A DNA stretch of 64,000 bases from Callorhinchus milii (lineage: Eukaryota): contig NW_024704742.1 of NCBI RefSeq assembly GCF_018977255.1, positions 66,528,001 through 66,592,000 on the forward strand, given 5' to 3'. The notes beneath the pieces were generated by a model. The model did not search any database, had not been told where the DNA came from, and was given only the letters and a program-made list of their open reading frames with translations. The position numbers were made by a program, and so were the translations under genes. Position 1 is the first letter of the stretch. Every line of letters starts with the position of its first letter. Shown one piece after another: positions 39,841 to 53,437 of the stretch.

Positions 39841-40437
39841 GTTAAGTTGTTATTGATGGGTTTCCTGTACAAGGTGAGTTTGAAAAATTCTCAGATGGGC
39901 TATCAAGAGAAAAGGGTCTAAATGGAGTGGGTGAGCACATTTTTTAAAAATAGATTATATCACAAGGAAACAATGCTACCAAATGAAAAGAAGGTAATAA
40001 TTTTTTTATTTACCTTTCCGATTTTAATCATAGGTTTAATCAGAGTTAATCAGCTTGCTCTGAAAGGCATTGAGGACTTGATGGGCAAATGGGCATTATA
40101 ACAACAACTTGCATTTATATAGTGCCCTTCATCTGGTATATTATCACAGAGCGCTTAACAGTGGTGGAGCTGGATGTTGAGTGGGGAGAGTAGGGAGGTG
40201 ACCATAGGCATAGTCAAAGAGGAAGGTGTGATCTGAAGATGAGCAAAGAGGGGGGAAGGTGCGGAAATTGAAGTAGGGGGGCTCGGGGTGTAGTGGCTGA
40301 AAGCCACTGCAGCAGAGGGTATGAGGGACATGCAGGAGGTTGGAGCAGGCTGAGCAAAAGGAACAGGTAGAGGGGGAGTGCGGGGAGGTTTGAGAGCTAG
40401 GGAGGTGTTAGCGCATGAAGTGATTCTAGTGATTTCT

Positions 40438-40762
40438 GGAGTCCTGTACAGTATTCATTAGGGCATTTGACTCACAAACGAGAGGACCTGAGTTTGATTC
40501 CCTGGCAGTGCAAAACCTTAGCCAAGTTTCCATACTCCACACACCTTTGTTTACCTAGCAGTAAGTAGGAACCCAGTTGTTATTTGATTGACCAATCGCT
40601 TTCTGGGAATAATATTCTCTTTTAAAACAAAATTAAATCCACAGCTGTTTGTGGGACACTGCTGTGTGCAGTTGGCTGTCGTGTTTTGCTCACGAAACCC
40701 ACAGTAAATTCACTTAATATATTCTGTAAAGCGCTTTGACACGTTTGCAAAGATTATTATTA
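40438..40762 (+). mobile_element. tRNA/CORE-like/Deu SINE, long subfamily
   Basis: ggagtcctgta head, tgtttacctagcagtaagtaggaaccc block, tail. Confidence 0.85.
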
Positions 40763-41542
40763 TATAGTGATTTGTAATTTTCTATGATTCTGTGTTTCAA
40801 AGCGTGGGAAAGGTGAAGACTTTATCAGAAAGTATCCTCCAAGGCAGGAAGTTTTAGTGTCTCTTTCCAGCTTGAGATGTGTTCTGTGTGGTCCCCAGAG
40901 GCTGCATGCTTGTTGACACCTGTCTGTGGCCAGGACCTGTGTGGTCTTGACTGCCTGTGCTCCCCTATCGCATACTTGTTGTCTCTTTTTCAAAGCGTAT
41001 GTGTGTTTACACCCATGAAGAACAAGGAACAAGGTATGTTTTATTTGTTTAAGAATTGGCACAGCAACAAAGAGTCCAAAGTCTATCCTGTGTCTTGTTA
41101 TAAAAGGACAACACGACCAGTATTTATCAATGTGGAACACTGCTGTAATGTGAATAGCCCTACTCAGGCTTTAAAGGGATGAGCTATCAGGAACAACTGG
41201 ACAATAAGCAGGATGAAGGGAGACCTTCTGAAAGTGCAAAAGAAAAGCTAATTTCTGCTGCTTTGCCAGTCAGTAGAAAAATTATTTTCTCTTTTCGAAT
41301 AGTACCATGGGATCTTTAATGTCCAGCTGAACAGACAGACACTTGACTTTGGTTTAAAATCTCATCTGAACGATGGCACCTCCAACAGTGTAGCGTTCCC
41401 TCAGCACTCCGTTGAATTGTCAAGCCTAGACCAAATATATTCCAAGTCCTTATCACAACAGACGTTACATTTTCCACCCCTCATGTTAATAGACTTGGGA
41501 ACACATTCCAGTGGAAGTTGACAGATCACTGCCAATGATTGA

Positions 41543-42135
41543 ATTTTTTTGGGTCAGCCAGATGTCTGACACACGCAGAAACCCATCAACATGTTTAAGA
41601 GTATCCAAAGCAAACTGGGATTTTCATACATCTCACCTCCACATGGAAATTCTAGAGATAGATTGTTGGAATAGATTGCGCATTCCCTCCCCAGAGGGAC
41701 ACATCCTGCTTACCTAATTCCGGGGAATGTTGGGCGCAGGTAGGTTTGGGAACTGCAGAGTTGGCGTTGGAGTGCTGCTGGAGTCTAACCAGCTAAAATC
41801 ACATAACTGGCCATTAAAAGCACTGTCTGGCAAACTTTCCCACTGCTCGTCCAACTAGGACTACTTTACATGTTAGGGATTGGCTTGTAGAGTTAACAGG
41901 AACTGAGTGGGAAGAGTCCCTGCCCCCAGTGACTGGTCTGTCTTTCCAATCCTGCTGATGAGCCAGGCTGGCTGTACTATCATCAGCAGTGCCTTGGAAT
42001 ACCTGTGGACCGCTTGGCTCAGGAACTGGATTAGTGAGACCACCACAGAGTGCTGGCTCGATTCTGACATTTCCTTTCCAAACATTCATCTTGAAACCAG
42101 TTCACTTGAAGGAGGCCCTGCTTGCCTCTCCCCCA
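41543..42135 (-). mobile_element. Longest family E copy, possibly extending to about 42420 beyond a nested SINE tail
   Basis: 41543-41940 aligns with 33170-33565; membership of 41940-42135 is inferred from contiguity only. Confidence 0.65.
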
Positions 42136-42921
42136 AGGATGATAATAATAACAATAACAATAATAATCCTTGCATTTGATATAGGGATTTATCACGTTGT
42201 AGAGATGTCTCAAAGCACTTCACACAATATACCGTAAAGTGGATTGACTGTGTATTTTGTGGGTGAAACACAGCAGCCAGGAGAGTCACTAAATGGTCAG
42301 ACATTGACTGAATGTTGCCTATTGGAGTACTGATCTCCACTGATCTATTGATCTCCATCTTGTGCTGCCATTCCAGCCAGTTTTGAACTCAGCCAATTTT
42401 CCATTAATTCCATGTATATTTCCTAAGCAAAGAAAGTTATCCATCATCTATTTGAAAAGAGAAGGGAGTTTTCTCCTGGTATCCTGACCAACAATCCCCA
42501 AATAAAAATGATGACTTGCTTCATGGCTGTCTGTGGGGCATAGCTGTGCACAATATGGTTGCTGTCTTTGCCCACAAAATGCATGGTCATTACAATTTAT
42601 AATTCGGTGGTTGGGCTTTCAACCTTTCTGCTCCTGCCCTTTGGAACTCTATCCTACAGTCCCTTTGCCTTGCCTTCTCCTTTAACTCTTCGACCAGGCC
42701 TTCGGTCAGACTCATACCCCTACCTTCCCTGTCCTCCACCCCTCTTGATCCCAATCCCTATCTTGGGTCCAAATCTCTGACTGTCCAGTGCCTTGGGACG
42801 TCCTCCTGATGCAATAGGTGCTATACAAATGTAATTTGTTATTGTTGTTGAATATCTTGTGAAGCATTTTAAGATGTCCTTCCGATGTGATAGGTGCTGT
42901 ACCAAATGCATGGATTATCAT

Positions 42922-43440
42922 TGTTTTTACTTTATCAATTGCCTTCTGAATGTCTGAGTCTGATACCTCCACCATCCATTAAGTGAGTTACTTCCTCAAA
43001 GAATTCCAGTAGATTTGTAGCTTCTATTGGATGGAACCTCAGAAAATGCCCTTGAGTATTTTCCACCACTGGTCTCTGCTTTATATCACTCTCCTTTTTT
43101 TCCCCTGAATATCAAGATTGAATAAATCACTTTCTCATCCTGAGGTACAATGCCTGTATTTATGAAGCCCCTGATAAATTAAGCAGTCTTACTTATTTCC
43201 TCATTCATTTCCTTCAAGATTTCTGGGGTGTATCCCATCTGGACCAGGTGTCCTTTATATTGCATTCAAAGCTTTGGATTCCTTTGTAACATATGCGTAA
43301 CTGACCTCTACATATGTTACAGATTCCCTGAACAGTTAGCTGGAATCTGGAATTTGTCCACAGTCTTTCCTCATAAAGACTGATGTGAAGAGGTAATTTA
43401 ACACATCTGCCATTTCCTGATCTGCCAAAGTATTTTTTTA
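42922..43440 (-). mobile_element. Old CR1 ORF2 internal fragment (tether and RT N-terminus)
   Basis: DQEMADVLNYLFTSVF, PGPDGIHPR, TNLLEFFEEVT, DIQKAIDKV in the expected order. Confidence 0.85.
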
Positions 43441-43514
43441 ACTGAATTGCTCCTTAAAGGACCTTTAACTAGTATTTGCTATCTCCACAGCTAAAAACAT
43501 ATAATCATTAAAAT

Positions 43515-44022
43515 ACAATCCTTGCTTTTGATATAGCCCCTTTCAGGTCAAGCGGATGTTTCAAAGTGCTTCACAGGATTTATTGTAAAGTGTAATGACC
43601 GTGTATATTTGTAGGTGAACTCGGCAGCCAATTTGCTCATAGTGATGTAACCAGAAACAATCAAACAATGCCCAAGCACTCCGAGATGCTACCCACATGG
43701 AGTGGGCTGTATAAATGCAAGATGGTGTTGTTGCTGAAATGAATGACTGATTTTATCTGGGAGATTGTTGGCCAGGACACTGGAAGTAACTCCCTTTTCT
43801 TTTCAAATAGTGCCATGGGATGTTTAACATCCACGTGAATAGACAGAGGAGATCTTGATTTAGAGACTCATCCAAAGGATGGCAACTCCAGCATTAAAAC
43901 GTACCCCCAACACTGCATTGGAGTGTCAGCCTAGACTTTGAGTTCAGTGTCCCACCATGGGGTTTGAACCCACAACCCTTTGACTCAGAAACAAGAGAGC
44001 TACCAGTTGAGCCAAGCTGACA
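43515..44022 (-). mobile_element. DeuSINE, full length, with short nested L2 tail (about 43675-43735)
   Basis: Reverse-complement head gtgtcagcttggctcaactggtagc...gggttcaaacc, Deu domain, tail. Confidence 0.85.
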
Positions 44023-44138
44023 CCCAAATAATGTTGCACATGTGTTGTTAGTACAGCACCGTGGGACGTCCTCCCGACGTGAAAGGTGCTTTACAAATGT
44101 AATTTTGTTGTTGTTGTTGTTAACCCGGCCTCGGTATG

Positions 44139-44228
44139 AAATGATGCCAGCGGTTCTTCCTGTGCATGCTACACAGGAAGTGATATCAGTGGTGCTTCCT
44201 ACAAATGGTACACAGGAAGTGATGTTGG
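44139..44228. repeat. 39-bp period tandem repeat with internal dyad
   Basis: cttcct at 44156 and 44195; cacaggaagtgat at 44172 and 44211. Confidence 0.8.
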
Positions 44229-44474
44229 AGGCCTCCCCTTTTGCGTCGTCATCATCAAAACCCACCACTCTACAGTGCTGCGAGACGCTATCCTGCGTGA
44301 AGAGAGATGCAAGTTGTTGTTGTTGTACAGATCACAGGAATTGGGATCAGGGATTACCTGATAACCAGAGGATGGCCAACATTTAGCACAAGAAGCCAAC
44401 CAGTCTGTGCCGGAAGCTGTAAGTGTAAGAATCTGGTAACCGCAGGTCCATAGCCGACACCCACATTCTCGCAC

Positions 44475-44880
44475 GTCTGAGTTAGAAGGTTGTATGTTCA
44501 AGCCTCAAATCAGGACTTGAAACTTCATAAGTCTAGGCTGACAATCCAGTACAGTGCTGAGGGAGCCCTATGTTGTTAGAGCTGATGTCCTTTGGATAAA
44601 ATGCTAAACTGAGACCGTGTTTGCATGTTCAGGTGGATATTAAAGTTCCCATGGGACTATTTGAAAGGAAAAGGGAGTTTCTCCTAGTGTTCTGGCCATT
44701 AATCTCCCAAAATAAAACTGGTAATTCCCTTTATGGCTGTTTGTTGGACATTGCTGTGCTCAAATTGGCTGCCGCGTTCACCAACGAAACACGCAATCCG
44801 TACGTCCCGCAGAGTGTATTGGGACATTCTCCTGACATGAATGGCTGTTATACCAAAGGTAAGGAATACTAATATTATTA
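44475..44880 (+). mobile_element. DeuSINE
   Basis: gttcaagcc, tctaggctgaca, Deu domain, tail. Confidence 0.8.
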
Positions 44881-46761
44881 TAAGTTAACTTGCACTCCAG
44901 TAAGGCGCTTAATGACTGGGTAGCTCTATGCCATGTTTTTTTCCTCCCATAATTTTCAACAAAATTCTTTCACCAGCTAATTTCCTGATGTTTTTCCGCC
45001 TTTTGAACCTAGGAGTGACATCCCTACCACCTGGTTCAATAAGTCTATCTTCATGAAACATTCTCATTCCCTCTAGACTCTTCCCAGCCAATTTCCTGCC
45101 TCTTTATCGTTCACATGGATCTTTCTGTGATGTCGGTTATATCCTTTGCTGAACATAACCTCCAAAAGTAATTATTTATTCCCAGCCATAAGCAAAGTCA
45201 GTGCCATGAAACAAACACTTTCAAACACATGTGGTCATCCTCAAGCACTCCCAAGTGAGGTACGGGAGGCGTGAGATGCAGGGAAAAGTTTCCTCTGCAC
45301 TGGAGTGTACTTTAACCTTAACCTCAGAACGAGAGAGCTCCATCTGTCCTTCGATCATATCATTGTGATGCTTTCCATTCCCCCGCACCAACAGACTGCT
45401 TTGAGATCAGTTTCCAGTTTCATATATTTGAGTGTGTCAAATTCAGGACAGTTCCCTGTTGATTTTCAGATGACTCAAATTCTTACAATTGAAACTGGTG
45501 GAGAGACAAGACTTTCATCCCATTGCTCTGCGCTGAATAGGAACCCAAGCTCTTAAAATTGGAGCGTCATTTCAATTCCCTCCATGGTTTCGCCCCACCT
45601 TACCTCTTTGACCTCCTACAACCGTACTGCCCTAACCGTTCCCTTCTTTCAAGGAGCACTGACCTGCTCTCTGGAACTCCATCCTGGAATCCCTCCAACT
45701 CGCCCCCTCCCTCCCCACTTTCAAAACTTGCCTCAAGACTTAACTTGCTTTTGGTCATCTTCCCAACCGCACCCCCCACCCCCCCAACACCCCCTCTTCA
45801 GATCCCCACTACCCCCACTGGCTTGGGTGCAGTCATGTAAATTACTTTGAAACTTCCTCCCAACATAGAAAACTCGACATAAATGAATTGTGTTTTATAT
45901 TAAATATAGTGTATATGTATTTTGTAGATGAACAAGGAACCAATTTGCAAACGACAGTGTCTCACAAATAAATAATTTTATCTGGTAAATTGCTGGCCAA
46001 GAAACTGGGAGTAACTCCCTTACTATAACCTACATTTTTCCCTTCAATGTACAGTCGGTCATTGACCGAATATGACTGTTGTGTTTTTTTAACAGCTGTA
46101 ACACTGAGCACTACGAAGGGTTACATTACAGATGCCAAGAGCATGTTTTGAGACTTGAAGGTTTTGGGCCTAAAGAGATTAAGTGCGTGACCTTATTTCC
46201 TGCTCTGTGATTCAGAGCTCGGTCAATACAAAGGGGAAGACAATTGTCTGCGGGACACAGAGCATCAGTAAAACATATTCATCTATCAGGCAGAGGCCAG
46301 AATATCCTGCACTTCCTCAATTTGCAATTCATTCCGTCCGCACGTTAATAGCAAGTGGCACAATTCCTAAATAACACTTTAACGCTAATCTCGAACATTT
46401 TGCACACGCGTGTGTGAGTTAACAGGAGGACTGTTTCTACACTGCTGTGTTGGTGGAACCAAGACTCACTTACCATTTCCTGCACTGAATGGTTCAGAAC
46501 TTTATTTAATCCTTGCATTTAATACAGCGCCTTTCAAGTTGGGAGCGCTGTGTAGAATTTACTGTAAAATGTGATGAGCATGTTTTGTAGGCCAACAGAG
46601 GCAAATTTATCATCAATACGTTCTTTGCTTTTCTTCTTCTTGAAATTGAATATTGAATAATCAGTAACATTAGTCATTCACTTCATGGCTGTCTGTGGAG
46701 CTGGCTTTCTGCAAATCAGCTGCCTAGTTTATCTACACAGTTATACACAGAAAACTCTAAC

Positions 46762-47118
46762 AATAATAATCATCATCCTTGCATTTGATATAGCACCTTA
46801 TTGCGTCGTTGAGACTCAAAATGCTTCACAGAATACATTATAATTGACTGTATTTTGTGAGCGAAACGCAGCAGTCAGTTACGCACAGAAGTGTCTCACA
46901 AACAGTCGTGGATTGAGTGACCACATTATTATTTTTCTTAAGGGATTATTACTCCCGGAAAGTGATCCGCCAATCGACTAACAACCAGGTTCCCACTTAC
47001 TGCTAGGTAAACAGAAGCGAGTGGAGTAAGCAACTTGCCTAAGGTTTCGCCCTGCCCAGGAATCGAATCCGGGTCCTCTTGCTTGCGAGGCGAGCGCTCT
47101 AACCACTACAGATTCCAC
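46762..47118 (-). mobile_element. tRNA/CORE-like/Deu SINE, long subfamily
   Basis: Reverse-complement head ctcgc-ctcgcaa-gcaag, ttcgattcc, long block, tail. Confidence 0.9.
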
Positions 47119-50100
47119 AAGATGTGGATGATCAGTGTAGTCCAGATAGAGACTGTAAAACACAGTACATGCTGTAATTAGAAGCTGGAAAGAGAGTTTG
47201 AATTATGGAGAGGAAGGGAGGAAATGCTTGTCTGGCAGCTAAATGTAAAAGAAGTGGAATATTTGATGTGGTGAGTTTCAAACATTTGTGCCGAATGTTT
47301 TCTGCCCGAAGCCATCTTTTTATTTCAACTTAAATGTTATTTTTGTTGTTGCCCAAAGCTGTAGCTGTAAAGAAATGATTGATCTCCACCCCCTCCATTT
47401 TGGATTGAGATCAAGCAGAAAGAGATTGTGGCTGTTTATACCTTGTGAACCTCCACATCTGTATGAAAGGTGTTAAATTATTCTATTCTTGTAGCCCACT
47501 CCTCTACCTGTTCCCTTCCGTTTGGCAGGCTCAGGCCTTCTGCAAGTACTTCGAATCCTCCACGACACTATCGGCAGCCATGGTTTCAGTCACTACACCC
47601 CAACCCTCTGGAACTCCCTATCTCAATCCCTACAACTTGTCCCCTTTTTACCCATCTTCAAATCACACCTGAAGACTTTGCTCTTGAACCATACATATGA
47701 TCACCTCTCCTTCCTCCCTGGCTCGGCATCAAACTACATTACTGTTAAGCGTTCCAAGACATTACCTCGCGTAAAAAGTACCATATAAACGTTGTTATTC
47801 TATTTGTCGTACCTTTGGAAGGAACCATTGATATGTCAAGTGTTAATTTGGTTGATTGTTTAGGTGTATTCTCCTGCATGAAATGTCCTGTCTCTGAGAT
47901 AATAATAATACTACCCTTGCATTTCATGCAGTGCCTCATTCAGGCTGTCAAAATATTTCAAAGAGCTTCACAGGACTTACTTTAAAGTGTAGTGACTTCT
48001 GCATTTGCAGAACAAGTGCAGCAACCGATTTGCCTATTTGCTTTTCATCCCTTGACCTCTCCACTCCACCATCAGTGGCTGTGCTTTCAGTCACTACGTC
48101 CTGAAGCTCTGGAACTCTCTCCCTCAATCCCTCCGCCTTGCCCCCTATCTCCCCACTTTCCAATCCCGCCTAAAGACCTTCCTTTTTTATCGTACTTACG
48201 GTCACCACCCTCCTCCCTCTCCCCCTGGCTCAGGTAAGACTTAACAGCCACTGTTAAGCGCTCCGGCACTACCCAGGATGAAGGGCACTATATAAATGGA
48301 AGTTGTTGTTGTTGCGTACAACAATGGCCCACAAACAACCTTGAAATGAATGACCAATTATTTTTTGTCGGTTTTACTGTTTTATTTAGAGTAACTTGCA
48401 TGTGACAGACTCATGCAAAGCCCCACACCAGACAATAGTGTATCGTCAAAGGAAATCCAGAGCTGAAGTTGGCTCTCATTTTTAATTGTCTGCGACATGT
48501 TACCTTTTGTACGTTGAATTAAACACCAGCTGAAAACTCCACCAAGGACTAGTGTTATACTTTAAGGTCTTCTCCTTTACAAAGTTTAGTTTTTTTTCTG
48601 CAAACTCTTCTGGGAATTTCTCCTTCCACGTAATTCAAGCATAAAGCTAAATTTTCTTCAGATATCGCTGGTGGTTTGCAAACAATTGGTGGAAATTGCA
48701 TTGCAAGGACCTGCCAAAAGGTGTGTCACCCCTTAACTGGGATCCAAATACACTCAAATGAAGTACAAGCCTTGGCTCTTGCCCGTTTGCTCCTAATACT
48801 CCTGAATTAGGTAAGCAATGCGTGTCCCTCCAAGGGAGAGAGTTCGCAATCCATTCCAGACACAGCAATTTCCATGTGTAGGTAGCACACATGGAACTCT
48901 CTCTGGTTGGAACAGAGTATCTGATGATCAGCATGACATACAAAAGGATCCCACATTGGAATGACTTGGATTCCTTATGAAAGAATTCCACTAAGAAATA
49001 CAACAAATTAGACCCCAAGTTGAGTATAAGGGCAGCTAGCGATGTCCATATTAATGATACTTTATACACCTCAGTGAGAAGTATTATATCCTACTGCATT
49101 GCTCTGAAACTCAATCCCAGGGTCCCTCTGACTCATCCCTTCCCTCCCCACTTTCAAAGACCACCTCAAGACTTATCTCTTTCACCATGTTTTTGGTCAT
49201 CCTTTTACCCCTTTCCTCCAACCCTCTTTTGCTCATCCCCAGTTTGGATTCCCAGCCAGTAGTATAAAGTGCTTTGAGATGTCTTCCCAACATGAAAGAC
49301 AGTGTATAAATGTACATTTTATTGTAAGAACATAACATAAGAACATAAGAAATGCTTGACCGAAAAAGACCAAGGTCTATCTAGTTTGCCTTCCATCTTC
49401 CTTCCGGTCGCATGTACATATGTCCCAAACTACCTTTGTACTGTATCCCATAATGTTATTTCCTGAAAGAAAACTATCTATTCTGTGTTTGAAAGAACAA
49501 TCTATTGTATTGTATCTATTCCACTCTGAGCAAAGCTTGCAAACACAAGAGTGAACAACGGTTCTAGTCTTGCATAAAACCACGTGTAAAGTGGTCCAAA
49601 GATGGCGTGATTCTGGGTACATTAGGTTTAGGGTCAGGGAATTGCTGGAATGCATACATAAGGAAGTATCTATCCTTGGCCAACCAGGATATTAAAGGGT
49701 TCCAAAAGGATCTAGACAAGTTCCTGTCCACTAAATGGTTTCAGCATTGTTATATTTAGAGACAGATACTTTGTTAGACAGATATTTTCCTTCTCTTTCC
49801 AGCTCAGACCACACCGCTGTTAATCACTCCAAAACACTACTCATGTGAAGGGAGCCAAATAAATGCAAGTTGTTGTTATTTTTGTGGTTGTTGGATGGTG
49901 GAAATTGGATGAGCAGGACAGCAGGGACAATGTGCTACTTCTGTCTATTTCTATATCAACTTAGTATGGGATGTAAAATGTAAATAAGGAGAAATCTTAC
50001 CTTGACTAGATATACTGTTATTTTCTTAGTATTTCAGAGTTGCAGAATTTATTGAATTCACTTCTTAAAAGATAATAATAGAAATATACTAATAGACTAT

Positions 50101-51787
50101 AAGAGCTCCATGTGATATGAATTTGACCCAGTTTCTGATAGGGAAAGCTCCAAAAAAACAAACCTTGCCTTAAAGCTAATATTATTATCTAGCTTGTCAC
50201 TGAGGGAACCAACTCAGGAGAGGTGATGTGGGAAAAGAAAGATGTCACAATGCTATAGTTTTAGTCAAGGAAATGGATGGAGTCTGTAGCCTTAAATCAA
50301 CAGTAAGGATGCCTGTGTCTGAGTCTTAGCTGTCACCAAGACCTCATGACCTGATGGCTAAAAGAAGGACTTGTTTTACCAGTTGACTGATGACAATCAT
50401 GAGTGAAAGGATTTGGGAGATTTAGGGTGCAACACAAATACTTCATGCTGGAAATCATTTTTTTATTGTCAGCCAGGTGTCTGACACAAGCAGAAACCCA
50501 TCACCATGCTTCAGAGTATCCAAACCAAGCTGAGATGTTAATGCATCCCACCTACACATGGAAATCCGAGAAACAGATTGTTGGAATGGAACAAAACAAA
50601 TCAAATAATCGGTCCAGTAGTAAAATAGGCATTAGTGTTCATTTAGAGCAAGTTTCTTTAGCTTTGAGGTACTCAAATAGAATTAGGTACAATCAATACA
50701 ACTTGCAATTATATAGTGCCTTTCACGTCGTGAGGATGTTACAAAGCACTTGGCAAAGCTGTCTGGGTGCCTAAGCTGGGGCTGGGGGCCCAGGGGGGGA
50801 AGGGGAAAGATGACCAAAGACACGGTCAAACAGATAGGTCTTGGGACGGACCTTGAACAAGGGGATGGAGGGAAATGGACGGACTCTGGAATTCTAGAGA
50901 GTGGGGCAGAATGGCTGAAAGCCAATGGTGGGGTGGATAGGTTGGGGGACATGGAGAATGCTCCAACTTTCCCTGACCCACTCCCCCACCCCAAAAAGAA
51001 TGTTAGGTGGGGTGGATAAGCCTTCCAGATACTACATGAGAGATATTAATGGGAACAGTGAGGCTTCCAATGATATAATTGTATTTATTAACAGCTGTCA
51101 GCAAACCTCACAGACAGTTTAACACGACTTTTAAATTAAATCAACTTTTAGCTTGGGAAAGCAAAACAGGTTTAAAGAAAAGGAAAGAAATATGAGCTGT
51201 TACAATACATTGAGGTTCAGAGGATAAATAGCAGTTCCTGAACCTCTGGCTTTTTGTGCAAGCAGTCTTGTTCCTCACATGCACCGCCAACGGTGAGAGT
51301 ACTTTCCACTCGCCCAGAAAACTTGAAAGAGGAAAGTTGTATTGTCTACTCAATGCTGGCAACAAGTCAAGTTCTCTCAGAGAAACAAACGGGGAACAGC
51401 CACTTCAAAGGTTGAGCATCCAGTGATAAAGGTAAGACTTGCATGTGTTGGATTGTGTGTTTACTGAAGTGCAAGTTGATTGATGGTGAAGTTTCTATTG
51501 CATCATCACCTGATCACAGTGTAAGACAGGAAGAAACCTGGCTCAGTTGGTAGCATTCCCGCTTGAGTCGGTGGGTTGCGGGTTTAAGTCCCAGGCCAGG
51601 AACTCACGTAGTCCAGGCTGACACTTCAATAATGTTCTGGGGTGGGCTACATTTTTCCTTCAAATGAGAAGTTAAACCAAGCCCTGTCTGCCTGTTCAGG
51701 TGAAGGTTAAATATCCCGTCTCACTATTCGAAAAGAGAAGGGTTTAAATTTTAATGACAAAATGGTATTTAAGGATGATATCACCTG

Positions 51788-52432
51788 GGCTCAGCTGGTA
51801 GCACTTTCTCGATTCTCTGAGTCAGATGGTTTGTTGGATCAAGCCCTATGTCGGGATTGTGAACTCCCCGTCTAGGCTGACAACAAAACAACAAATTACA
51901 TTTGTAAAGGGCCTTTCACGTCGGGAGGATATCCCAAAGTGCTGGACAGTCAAGCATTTAGATCTGAGCAGCGGGTTAGGATCGGGGGTGGAGGGCAGGG
52001 AGAGTAGGGGTAGGAGTGTGGCCGAATGCATGGGTCTTGAGATGTGCTTTGAAAGAGGCAAGGGAGGGATCAAGATGAAGGGAATGGGAGAGTTCCAAAG
52101 GGTGTGGCAGAGAAGCTGAAAGCTCGACTGCTGATAGTGGAATGGCCTGGGCGGGGATGTGGAGCAGGCCAGAACCTGCTCAGCAGAGGGTGTGAACGGA
52201 TTGATAAGGGGTTAGGAAGGAGCAAGGCCGTGGAGGGTCTTGAAGGCGAGGACGAGGATTTTGAACTCTATCCTCTAGGGGATGGGGAGCCAGTGGAGCA
52301 TTCCAATGCAGTGCTGCAGGGGTGGAGTGGTGGGGGGTGGGGGAGTGCTACATTGTCGGAGGTGCCATTCTTCGTCTGACTACTTTAAAAATTCCATGGC
52401 ACGAGAAAAGAAAAAGGAGTTTCTCTTGGTGT
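51788..52432 (+). mobile_element. DeuSINE split by an antisense L2 3' fragment (about 51880-52299)
   Basis: SINE reads tctaggctgaca, then the L2, then attccaatgcagtgctg; the insert has a (CAA)n tail and L2 ORF2 end. Confidence 0.85.
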
Positions 52433-53437
52433 TCAGCAACCTGCTTAATGTTCCCCAGCCTGATACACTCCATCTCTCCCCCCTCTGCGATCTGTTTTCT
52501 CCGCGGTTCTTAATAAGGAAACCGGCTTCCAAAGTGAGACCGAATTTAAGAATATTTTACAATTCAGTGGGAACCGATATGCTAAGCAAAGTGGTCTTGC
52601 AGATAAGACTAGGTGGAATTCCTAACCACTCCTCTCTAAACTCCCTAGCGCTGACTTGTTTCTCTTATGCAGGGATTATAGTTAATGGTCAGCAAACTCA
52701 TAAAGAATTAGCTGCAGACACGACTTAATTGCCTTATATTCTGAACAACAATCTTGCGCTGCAGTATGAACGCATGTGATTCTCTCCAGAATTATGCATT
52801 ACATCAGTTTCCTTATCCAGCTAATTACATCATTCAGGCTCTGATACTTCAGCACACTGCAGCCCAGCAAAATCTCTAATAACTTTAACCTTTATGTGAT
52901 CAAACCATTTTGGAACTTACTGCAGAACTACTGTGAAATGTGATGGGCTAGAAATACCGTTCTTGCAGGTGCGTTTCTTAATAAAAATAATCCTTGCATT
53001 TGATGCAGCGCCTTTCATGTCTGGAGGACATCTTAGGATTTACCGTGAAGCGTAATGACTGTATTTTTGGGGTGAACTCAACAGCCAATTTGCGCACAGC
53101 AATGTCCCACAAACAGCCATGAAATGAATGACCAATTTTATACAGGGTATTTTAGACCAGGAAACTGGGAGAGGATCTCTTCTCTTTTCAAACACTGCCA
53201 TAGGATCTTGAACATCCACTTGAACAGTAATCCTTGCTTTTGATATAGCACTTTATCAAAACACCTAAATGTTTCATTTCTCCAGCACTGTATTCAAGCA
53301 TCAGCCTGGACTGTCAGGTCAAAGTCCTGACAAAAGTAGGAGAGGGCAGAGGAGAGTCATAACCTTGGAAAGGAAAGGAAAGGAAAGGAAAGGGGGGGGC
53401 ATGGGGACAAAAATGTGTGTTTGGAGTGGAGGGGGAT

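Noticed and set aside
41950..41985. CTGATGA-gccag-g-ctggc as a hammerhead (also CTGATGA near 5438, 32833 and 50388)
   Set aside because: No GAAA box directly after a closed stem II and no stem I/III pairing.
41814..42179. Overlapping ORFs of 70-91 aa as a possible exon
   Set aside because: 41865-41940 aligns with 33170-33250, so at least part of the region belongs to a repeat; no recognisable protein.
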